Below, piece after piece: positions 24,860 to 35,092 of a stretch of 64,000 nucleotides of DNA. The stretch lies in the NCBI RefSeq assembly GCF_006345805.1, contig NC_043007.1, positions 16,988,001 to 17,052,000 on the forward strand, written 5' to 3'. Numbering within the stretch: the first letter of the stretch is position 1; each line of letters opens with the position of its first letter. The translations under genes were made by a program, and so were the position numbers. This DNA comes from Octopus sinensis. Lineage: Eukaryota. Under the pieces are notes generated by a model. The model did no database searches. It was not told the DNA's origin and saw only the letters and a program-made list of their open reading frames with translations.

Positions 24860-25446
24860 TTGTTGGATTTTGTTAGGGCCCAATTTAGTAAAGCTGTATG
24901 GGAAGAATGTGGGTAGTTAGTTAATTTTTTGGCTCAAAAAGCAAAAAGCAAGGCCATGTAGGGGGACATGGGATTATGTACAGGGTGGTGTTCATGTAAA
25001 GAGTTCAGGCCACTTGAGGTCAAGGGAGGCTTTGAACAAAGCGGTTGTCGGCATCTTCACCATCTCGTCTGGCAGCTTGTTCCACGGATCCGCAACCCGG
25101 ACGGAGAAAGCTCCTCTCCTTCGATTGAGATGAAATCGTCGCAGGTAGAGCTTTTCGGAATGACCCCGCAGCCGACGCTCTGGAGCAGGAGTGAAGAACA
25201 GCTCTTTCGAGAGGTTACACTTTCCGCTTATGATGTTGTGAGCGAGAATGAGATCACCACGGTGGCGGCGATTTTCTAGAGAATAAAGGTCGAGCGTCTT
25301 CAGTCTTTCTTCATAAGACAAATTCTTGAGACCATGAATCATGCGGGTAGCCAGCTTCTGGACTCTTTCGAGATGCTGTATGTCTTTGAGGAGATAAGGA
25401 GAAGAGGCTTGAATCCCGTACTCCAATATGGGTCTCACCAGCGTGA
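24860..25446 (-). mobile_element. CR1-clade LINE 3' end
   Basis: Uninterrupted TLVRPILEYG...LERVQKLATRMI.GLKNLSYEERLKTLDLYSLE.RR.RGDLI...LRGH...FSVRVADPWNKLP. Confidence 0.9.
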
Positions 25447-25649
25447 GGGTAGAGGGTGATGTGCTAGCAACCCTCTCCCCTTACTGTTTTCCATGATTAT
25501 GCCATTCCAGGTGTGAAAACCGAAGTCCAATGAATATTAATTACTCTCATAAAGAGCTCCAACTGGCTCATAAACAACAACTCTGGCCCCAGGCTGAAAT
25601 GTGATAAGAAACTTAGCTCTTGATTTAGTGAGAAATTTTGACTGGCATA

Positions 25650-25955
25650 TAAAAAGACATTCAAGTGAGGTCGTTGTCAGTGCCGCTGGACTGGCTCCTG
25701 TGCAGGTGGCACATAAAAAGCACCATTTGAGCATGGCTGTTGCCAGTACCGCCTGACTGGCCCTCGTGCCGGTGGCACATAAAAAGCACCCACTACACTC
25801 TCAGACTGGTTGGTGTTAGGAAGGGCATCCAGCTGTAGAAACTCTGCCAGATCAGATTGGAGTCTGGTACAGCCATCTGGTTCGCCAGTCTTCAGTCAAG
25901 TCGTCCAACCCCTGATAGCATGGAAAGCGGACGTTAAACGATGATGATGATGATG
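25650..25955 (+). mobile_element. Repeat family C (RTE-type 3' end, (GAT)n tail; representative)
   Basis: GGTGGCAC(A/G)TAAAAAGCACC...CCAACCCATGCTAGCATGGAAAGCGGACGTTAAACGATGATGATG. At about 17845 it follows an RTE C-terminal coding remnant. Other copies at about 10990-11652, 17010-17295, 55290-55856, 60520-60985 and 63780-63980. Confidence 0.85.
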
Positions 25956-26036
25956 AGTAATGCACTGGACACAGTTTCGATTACTTGTTGTTATCCATAG
26001 ATTCATTGCAGGAATTTCATACTGACAGTTGGGGTA

Positions 26037-26432
26037 AACACTATTAATAAAATAGGAGATGGAATATGTAATAGACTTTATTGGGTACAACACATGTTTC
26101 TACCTGTTCTGGGTCTTTTAGGATACATCAATAAAAAGTCTCACTAGAGATTTCTTGAGTTGCTTTACATATTGCTATCATCATCGTTTAACGTCCGCTT
26201 TCCGCGCTAGCACGGGTTGGACGGTTTGACCGGGGTCTGGGAAGCCAGGGGCTGCACCAGGCTCCAGTCTGATTTGGCAGTGTTTCTACAGCTGGATGCC
26301 CTTCCTAACGCCAACCACTCCGCGAGTGAAATATGTCCATCAAATTCAAAGAGACCCAGAATAGATTGAAACATGTGTTGTACCCAATAAAGTCTATTAC
26401 ACATTTCATCTCCTATTTTATTAATACTGTTA
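26037..26432. mobile_element. TIR element with a SINE fragment inserted centrally
   Basis: Inverted repeats of about 75 bp (TATTAATAAAATAGGAGATG...CTGGGTCT) flank a family-C SINE piece at about 26177-26325. Confidence 0.7.
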
Positions 26433-26448
26433 TATATATATATAGATA

Positions 26449-26673
26449 CAATAAGAGGCTTCCAAATAGGAAAGCTTTGTGCTAGAAAGAGCAGTAGAAA
26501 ACTCAAACCACCAAATAAGGATAAATTCTCGAAAGGAATGAAAATTAAAAACGTTTACCATCTCAACTATTTCCCAGACCATGGTTTCTAGCTATTTCCA
26601 GCAAAAAAATATTCGCTGAATATTTTACTGCTCTTTCTAGCACAAGACCTTCCTATTTGGAAGCCTCTTATTG
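26449..26673. mobile_element. Tc1/mariner-type MITE
   Basis: TA|CAATAAGAGGCTTCCAAATAGG...CCTATTTGGAAGCCTCTTATTG|TA, with TIRs of about 55 bp. Confidence 0.8.
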
Positions 26674-27229
26674 TATTTCTGTGTAAATAATATATAGCCT
26701 AATGACTAATTCGTTTTTTTGTGCTAGGCCACTGGTAATAATAATTTATTATTACCCTATTGTTATTTATTATGTTATATATATATATATATTTTTATTA
26801 TTATTGCATTTGCACAGCTTCTAACTAACTAGGGTTAGTTTTAGGGTTAGGAGTTTGGTTTTAAGGCAGTGGTTCCCAACCAATTTTTGGCCATGCCCCA
26901 CCGAATCATTTCTAAAATCCAGATGTCCCCTTGTGATATTTAATTTTTGTTATTCAAAATTTGGTTAATGTTTACAATATTACCCAGAAAGAAAAAAAAA
27001 TAGTGCAGCAGTAATTTTATTCAGCTGAATAATTGGTTGAAATTACAGAAATATGACAACTTTAACAAGAAATAATTTCCAAAATACAGAATTTTCTCAA
27101 CAACGCCAAGAGTAAAAGATGTTTTATGTGACACATTCTACCAGTATACGAAGTTTGAAAGCGTTTAGTTACAAAAAATTATTTTTTTAATCTGTCGGTC
27201 AAAAGGTAAAGATCCGGATCATATGGGTA

Positions 27230-27490
27230 AAGTCCTAAGGGACATCCTCCATAGGACCCTATCTGAAGCAACTGTCGTAACATTTTCGGAAAGATTTCTG
27301 CCTACATTTTTTTGTTGGATTCCCAAGTGTGACCACCAGAGGCTATGAATATTATCCAACTAGCTTGTTTTTTGTCTACCCCTAGGTCTCCTGCCGTTTG
27401 GATTGACCTAAGAATTCGTCCTGTGATTCTTTCCTATAACATTCTAGTCACATGTCCAGAGTACTGGAGCTGTAACCTCTCAATGCGGTG
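27230..27490 (-). mobile_element. RTE-like LINE 3' fragment
   Basis: RLQLQYSGHVTRM ... ASDRVLWR, degenerate. Confidence 0.45.
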
Positions 27491-27624
27491 TAGTAGTAGT
27501 AGTAGTAGTAGTAGTAGCACCTCGACCTGCAGAAACTCCCTGATGGAAATTGGTTAAATACTGAAGTTTAACTCTAATTATAAAAGTTCGTAGATAAAAA
27601 AAATAAATTGCTGTGGATTACTCT

Positions 27625-28035
27625 TTATTCTCTCTTTTACTTGTTTCAGTCATTTGACTGCGGCCATGCTGGAGCACCACCTTTTGTCGAGCAAATCGAC
27701 CCCAGGACTTATTCTTTGTAAGCCTAGTACTTATTCTATCGGTCTCTTTTGCCAAACCGCTAAGTTACGGGGACGTAAACACATCAGCATCAGTTGTCAA
27801 GTGATGTTGGGAGGACAATCATAGACACACAAACATATACACACACATACATATATATACATACATACATATATATATATATATATGCATACATATATAC
27901 GACAGGCTTCTTTCAGTTTCCGTCTACCAAATCCACTCACATGGTCGACCCGAGGCTATAGTAGAAGACACTTGCCCAAGGTGCCACGCAGTGGGACTGA
28001 ACCCACAACCATGTGGTTGGTAAGCAATCTACTTA
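27625..28035 (-). mobile_element. tRNA-derived SINE family B (representative)
   Basis: Head GGAGTGGCTGTGTGGTAAG...GGGTTCAGTCCC, central (TA/CA)n, tail GACTGAAACAAGTAAAAG. Other copies at about 7912-8287, 22585-22890, 33545-33920, 42003-42350, 57040-57425, 59220-59600 and 63390-63740. Confidence 0.9.
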
Positions 28036-28833
28036 CCACACAGCCACTCCTGCAGCTCAACTTTACAAATAATTTGACTGTATTGAAGATGCCAGGCATA
28101 TTAGATGCAGTTCGATTTCAGCAATGCGTATTTTAAAAAAAAAGTTTTTAATGCATTAAAAGATATGGGAGGCCCAACTCTGTATATACATAGGACCCAG
28201 GGGTGGGGCTTTTTTTTTTTAGACAGTAGTGGTTGTGGGCGTCTTATAGGCCATCAAATACAAAACTTATAATTTGCATAAATTGAATGTTGAACCCGTG
28301 GATAATTGCTGAGTATTCAGATGAGTTTTTTTAAATATTTTATCTAGTTTCAGCACACGAGCTGTGGCCATGCTGGGGCACTGCCATTGACTATCTTTTT
28401 ATGTTATGAACCAATTCAGATGAGTTGGGACTGTTAAGTGAGCGCTCAATCAGCATTAAATAGTAACCAAACCACTATCTACCATTTTTTAAATCGATAT
28501 ATTGTTTAATGTGTTTTGAATACATATTAGGTCTGGAAAAGACAGGATGGTTATGGCTGGATCGTTTTTGATCATAGGACTGGCCGGAAGCTAAATGACA
28601 TTTATAATCCAGTTTCAGTGGAGCTGAAGGTTACAAAAACAAACTGACCTATAGATATATATCTTTTCTGTTTACAAATGACTTGCGTTTTCTTGGCCAA
28701 TCATGTCGACTACGACAGTCAGTGACAACTGTGAAGTGGATGTTTGCCTATTTGCCACCTTGTCATCGCTGACTGCCAAGACAAGGCAACCAGTTGCTGA
28801 TTGTCGACTGTAAGTTAACATCAGCTAGTGACC

Positions 28834-29304
28834 GGTACTACTTAAGAAGAGTGGTCCCGGTGCGTGCACTTGCGTACTCACGCATCCGTGCTAGCTAGTC
28901 GTGACTGGTCGATCCTTGTTTTGTGTTTTATTTATTTTGTTTAAAAAAATTATTTACTTTGTGCTTTTGTATTTTATTTACTTTGTTTTAAAAAAATTAT
29001 TTACTTTGTGTTTTTGTGTTTTATTTACTTTGTTTTAAAAAATTATTTACTTTTGTGTTTTATTTTGTTTTAAAAAAATTATTTACGTTGTGTAAAAAAA
29101 TTATTTATTTTGTATTTTATTTACTTTGTTTTAAAAAAATATTTACTTTGTGTAAAAAAAATTATTCAATTTGTGTTTTATTTACTTTGTTTTAAAAAAA
29201 TTATTTTGTGTAAAAATAAAAATTTTTTTATTTACTGTTTTAAAAAAATTATTTACTTTGTGTAAAAAAATTATTTATTTTGTGTTTTATTTACTTTGCT
29301 AGGT
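28834..29304. mobile_element. MITE family M2, one-ended copy with internally amplified AT-rich repeat
   Basis: One M2 TIR at 28834, then tandemly expanded internal sequence homologous to the reverse complement of the 24604 copy's interior. The second TIR is absent. Confidence 0.75.
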
Positions 29305-29691
29305 ACATCATTTTGATTTTTTCAGCCGTATACCTTAGCTTTCGTTTCCAGTTGTGATATCCCAGCATGCCTACATCCAACAAGAACCAGCTAGAGAAAA
29401 ACGAAAGGAAGTCTTTTGTTTTAATTGCCATCTTATCTTAAGGCAGCAGAAAACACAAACTGCATCTTCAAGTGCTAAAGGAGTCAATGCGATGTTGTCC
29501 CCAACTAATTGTCTAATAATTACAAGAAATTATACATTTATTAATGAAATCCTGAATGCGATATGACTTAAAATGGATTTATAGTTTCAACACCTGTCAT
29601 AAATTTGGTCAATCAGGGTTAACATATGGGTCTTAACAATAACACCCTCACTCCAGAAATAACATGGTTTACTATGAATATTTAGCTTCCA

Positions 29692-30057
29692 CTAGAACTA
29701 TGACCCGGCGTTGCAAGGTCATAGTGCTAGTGCATGCATATACAGCTGCATGCGTGCGTGCACACATGCACGCGAGTACTGTCCAAATCTCCAACCAATC
29801 ACATACAGCTAGCTGGCATTCAATTGGCGTATCAAGTTTAGGGCATTTTGAGTGGGTTTTGGATAGAAAATTCACAAAAAAGTCACTTTTATTGATTTTT
29901 TAATGGCTTTGCGGGGTGACTGGGGAAATGTAAAGATGTGCACGACCACCCTTGGATGGTTTTGAATGACCATAGAAAGTGTGAGCCCTCTAACTGAAAA
30001 ATTGTGGATTTGTATAAAGGACACACACAGACATTTTGCCGTTTATATATGTAGAGA
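29692..30057 (-). mobile_element. Non-autonomous Helitron
   Basis: 5' TCTCTACATATATAAACGG, 3' hairpin ATGACC-TTGCAACGCCG-GGTCAT, then CTAG|T. Confidence 0.75.
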
Positions 30058-30436
30058 ATTAATTTATTTATGGATGGTTCATTTTGTTTTCTTCATGTAT
30101 AAGTTTATCTCAGTTAACTTTACAATTCTATGATTAGAATATGTTTCTCTTCACCATATCAGAACCTTAACTGATATAACCTGTGTGTACATAACTTTCC
30201 AGAGCAGAGAATGTTGTTTTGAAAGTAGAGGATTGTCAAATAAAATCCTGTTTCATTTGAATGACAGGAAGATACATTTGTCAAATTTAATACATAAATT
30301 AAAATTAAGGAATGGTCACAATGGGTCACTTCAGATTAAAGAAGGCTTGGGGAGATGATGATGATGACATTATATGTCTTGCAAACAATTTGCACATACA
30401 AATGCTGCCAGTCAAAAACTCCACATACCGGAACCA

Positions 30437-30542
30437 GCAAGTGTATGGGGTCATCAGGAGAGAATGCGCGCCGTTTCGGGGCCTACCTCTCGACGGCATC
30501 AATGCGCACCGGCCCCCCTCACTGATATGAGGCCCCACTTGC
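30437..30542 (-). ncRNA. Candidate non-circularly permuted hammerhead ribozyme
   Basis: Minus-strand RNA GCAAGU GGGG CCUCA-UAUCAG-UGAGG GGGGCC GG UGCGC AUUGAU GCCG UC GAGAG GUA GGCCCC GAAA CGGC GCGCA UU CUCUC CUGAUGA CCCC AUAC ACUUGC. It contains CUGAUGA, GAAA and GUC with in-register stems I and III. Confidence 0.65.
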
Positions 30543-30586
30543 TAGATCAGCTAGCTATCAAATAAAGCTCAATATCCTTCAAACCA

Positions 30587-30823
30587 TCACTCATCGTCTC
30601 TTTTTAAGCAAATCCAGTGGCTAGTCTTCTCCACTGTGGATTGGATATCGGTCATGGTGGTATTGACTTTACGATGAGTTAGGCCTAGCAATAACAACAG
30701 TCGTCTCACGCTGTGTCCAACGAACCCTCTACATCTGACTTCAATTGGAAAATGTTCCACTTTCCAGCCTGCGTCTTCACATTCCTCTAGGAGGTTTACA
30801 TAACGGTTAAATTTTCGAGCCTG
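30587..30823 (-). mobile_element. HERO-like (R2-superfamily) non-LTR retrotransposon, 3' fragment encoding the C-terminus of the restriction-like endonuclease
   Basis: Open ATG-less frame QARKFNRYVNLLEECEDAGWKVEHFPIEVRCRGFVGHSVRRLLLLLGL...VEKTSHWICLKRDDE*. It resembles the K..KY / GW / PVEVGCRGF / S.WLWLKR motifs of HERO-clade elements. The 3' UTR continues to about 30420. Confidence 0.75.
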
Positions 30824-32617
30824 AAAATAACTGAAACAAAATCACCATCACTACATTGTTGTCTTTACTTTGTAACAGATCCCCTCTCTTAGAATCAAAC
30901 CTACTAAGGGGGTGCACTGGATGGGACTGCCCCCTCACCGTTCATTGGAGCACCCTCAGATTTACAGTGATATACTTATTTCGAAACTGCACTTCAGCAT
31001 TGTTACTAATTAGTGCCTGTCCAGAATATTCTGAAGTACCCCCAGGCACCAAAATCTAGTGACAGGTCTGACCTACATCTGTGTAAATAAGGTGTTTTAG
31101 CAAACAATACAATATTTGGTAAAAAAAAAAAAAGTTGCTATAAATACTAAACAACCTTCATAGACAGGTGAACATGTATTTCAATTCCAGCCAATAATAT
31201 TTTGTGGTGGCTATAAACTGTCAGCATACATCAAAGATTTATTCCTGTCTTATTTACATATCAAAATGTAGATATCCAGTCATTAAGAATTAAATGTCTG
31301 ATTTTCTTCTGCACAAAGTTTGATAGTTGTTAACTCTAATGTTTTATGGAGTCATAGTCTATATGTTGTTTGTTAGATCTGAAAGTTTGTATAGCTTGAC
31401 AACATATTGATTTCAAATACTCAGTAAGTCAACTACATTGATCTCAGTGTTCAATTGCTACATATTTAATCGATCCCATAAGAATTTGAACTCAGAACGT
31501 GAAGACAGATGAAATACCTATTTCTTTACTACCCACAAGGGGCTAAACATAGAGAGGACAAACAAGGACAGACAAATGGATTAAGTCGATTACATCGAAC
31601 CCAGTGCGTAACTGGTACTTAAGTTATTGACCCCGAAAGGACGAAAGGCAAAGTCGACCTCGGCGGAATTCGAACTCAGAACGTAACGACAGACGAAATA
31701 CGGCTACGCATTTCACCCGGCGTGCTAACGATTCTGCATTAAGCATTTGCCTGGTATGCTAACAATTCTGCCAGCTTGCTGCCTCAGCTTCATTAAATAT
31801 TAACGGTCATCAATGTGAGAAACTTCTATAGCCCTATTTGTTGGTGTCCACATTTATACAAAAGTAAATTTAGGTCTGGTAATGTGATAATCCAATATAA
31901 GGTGGTGAGCTGGCAGAATTGTTAGTACAATGGGCAAAATGCTAAGTAGTATTTCGTCTGTATCTGTATTCTGTGTTCAAATTCTGCCTCGGTTAACTTT
32001 GCTTTTTATTCTTTTCAGGTTGATAAAATAAGTACTAGTTGTGTACTTGGTAATCAGCTTACTTCTTCTCCTGAAATTGCTGGCCTTGTGCCAAAATTTG
32101 AAACCAACATGATAATCCAGTATACTAGGCAAAAAGTTCTGCTGTTGTCTCTGCCCACTACATTACTTGGTTTTTGCTGTACTCCAGTCAGTTGGTGACT
32201 CCTGAAAACTATATAAAAATCTTTTGTATAATACTTGTCCCTATACCTTCCACACTGATCATGTGTTGGAGTGGCTGTAGTCTACTGAACTAAATATATA
32301 ATAAATATTTCTTGCAGACCAACTGTGAAATATTGAAACTGATTGGCAAGATTTGGACTCAGTCATTAATTGACAAAATTAAATACTGTACAGTGAATTA
32401 CCACCTATGCCACCCTAATAGTCATGATGATAATAGCAAAATAAATTGTGTTAGGGAAATAGTAACAATAACAGTTTCAAATTTTGACAAAAATGCCAGT
32501 AATTTTAGGGAGTGGGTGTTAGTTGCATTATTATATACTTTATATAATTTATATATTACGGAGATGTACTTGCATAGCAAGTGACCTGATCTGAGATTGT
32601 GTGCTGGAACAGAAACA

Positions 32618-32895
32618 ATTGCAGCGTGGAAGGTGTTTATAAGCCATTTAAGAAACACAAAAGCCGTTAGATTCACTTCAACATTTAAATTTAATTTGTC
32701 AAAATATTTTCATTGCTTTGAGACCACGACTTGTTCACTGACAAAATTCCAAGATGCATCTTGGAATTTTGTCAGTGAACAGGTCGTGGTCTCAAAGCAA
32801 TGAAAATATTTTGACAAATTAAATTTAAATGTTGAAGTGAATCTAACGGCTTTTGTGTTTCTTAAATGGCTTATAAACACCTTCCACGCTGCAAT
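32618..32895. repeat. 278-bp spacer-less palindrome
   Basis: 139-bp arms centred on ATG|CAT (32756/32757); I find one mismatch. Confidence 0.95.
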
Positions 32896-33736
32896 AATTT
32901 ATATACTTTATGATTTAAGCTTGCATGTTTTCAATATAACTCAGGATTGAAATTAAACAAAGTTTTATATTGCATATTTTAGAAAGTTAGCAAAGTTTTT
33001 CGATTAGTTATCATTTGTCATGTTTATGCAACCTCTTGCAAGAAGCAAATCAATTTTATATTTCCCCAGTGCAGCATAGCAAGTGATTTGGCTAGTCTAT
33101 TCTACTAGATTACTTCCCAATAGAGTTAGTCTCAAGGCATATCAATATAAACAAGTAAATAGAATTGCTAGTGTAGTGGAAACATAGAGTCTTTCCATGA
33201 GAAAGACTATGAGTCTTTCTTTGCTTTCCATGCTCGGTTATAAGTTTACTTAGCACAGAGGCAACTTCTTGTTCCACCAGGTGACAATGGAAAGTTACCA
33301 ATGACGTACAGTAATTCCTTGCCATATTGCGGTTCACCTATCGCACACTCAGTACATTGTTGGTTTTTCTGGCCAAAATATGTAAGTTTATATTGTGGAC
33401 TCCTCAGTATATCCAGGTTTCTGCGGCCAATAGGTATTTATATGGTTTTAGATTTTAATTATTTCTGTGGGAGATTTTAGAACATAACACCCACGATAGT
33501 CGAGGGATAAACTCTATTATGGTTAACATAGGTATTTTTTATTTTTATCTTTTTCAGTCATTAGACTGCAGCCATGCTGGGGCACTGCCTTGAAGAAATT
33601 TTAGTCAATCCAATCAACCCCAGGATTTGGTACTTATTCTATCGGTCTCCTTCGTCGAACTGCTAAGTTACGGGGATGTAAGCACACCGACACCAGTTGT
33701 CAAGCGGTGGTGGCGGACAAATAGATACAAAGGCAC

Positions 33737-33769
<33 letters not shown>

Positions 33770-33774
33770 CATAC

Positions 33775-33805
<31 letters not shown>

Positions 33806-34107
33806 CACACACACACAAGGGGTTTCCTTCAGTTTCCATCTACCAAATCCCCTCCCAACGCTTTGGTCGGTCTGAAGCTATAGTAGAAAATACTTGCCTA
33901 AGGTATCACGCACTAGGGTACTTCCTCCTTGTCAGTATACGATCTGAATGCATTGCAGTATATAACAGTATTTACTTGTGTCCCGCTATCTTACACTTGA
34001 TTGTAACTGATAAAACCTAGGATGTGGCTTATTATATATGGAGCAAAGCTGACATCAAGTATGAATATGAAAGGGAAACAAAATTGTTCCAAGAATGAAA
34101 ATTAACC

Positions 34108-35092
34108 TGTAGCGTACACTTAGTGAAATTCTATCTCTCTCTGACATATATAACATAAATACGGACGTAGCAGATAACAGCTAGTCTTCGGCCGTTTGGA
34201 CCCTGTTGTGTCCACTACTCTGATTGGTTGGTATTGGCGCAATTTGTCTCTTGCTCTATTACATGCCAATGTGCAACCAAACCAATTGCAGCCTTCTGAT
34301 AAGGTCCTGTGACACAGTCTACTAAATCTCCGTGGAAGCCTCCTAGTCCCTATAAAAGGCTAGTTACAACAACTGTATTTCGTCTTTGGTTCTAGACCTT
34401 CTAAGGTCTAACCACTGACCACAGAGCACTCAGCCAGTTCCAGCAACAGACAACACCAGCAGCTCACATTGGAGACTCAACTTCGTCCAACAGCATTTCA
34501 GACCTCCATCTTCTTAACGACGCCAACATCACTATGTACACAGCAACATTTACCCAGGTTCTATCTCCACACTGTTTGTGAATTCCTTCACCATGGTTAA
34601 CAGCAAAGACAACCTGTGAGATCTTCCTGTATCAAGTAACTGGCTCTACATAGTAGCCACAGCTTCCTGCACATGTGCCTCAATCGGTTCTGCATTGTAG
34701 CCACAACTTCTTGTTACAGCACTTCAACTATTGTGTACCTTACTATTTACTGGTATTTACCTTCATTGTGTCCGAACTTCTAGCGTCCTATTGTAGACTC
34801 TTTCAATGCTCTGTATTTTATCTCACATGCATACACCCTTGTTTGTACACACATACACATTATGTATGCATGATGGCCTGTCTATTGTTATTATTATAGA
34901 TGTACTTATGTCGCACACACATGTTAACACCTAAATAAAATCTTTCTCTTTAACCTTCTATCGGTTGTGTGTCTTTCTTTTCCTGCTGACACTCATACTC
35001 ATTTATCCATTTTGCTTTTATTGTAAGCAACCGTGAGGTGTATTAAAGGAGCCATTCATTCATCAGCATCTCCTTCGCATGGTCGTTCTACA
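34108..35092 (+). mobile_element. Solo LTR (Ty3/Gypsy-like)
   Basis: TGTAG...CTACA termini, 4-bp TSD AACC (34104-34107 and 35093-35096), TATAAAA at 34351-34357 and AATAAA at 34934-34939. Confidence 0.85.

Noticed and set aside
27080-27215. Fourth M1-like MITE
   Set aside because: Only one diverged end is recognisable and there is no TSD; treated as a relic.
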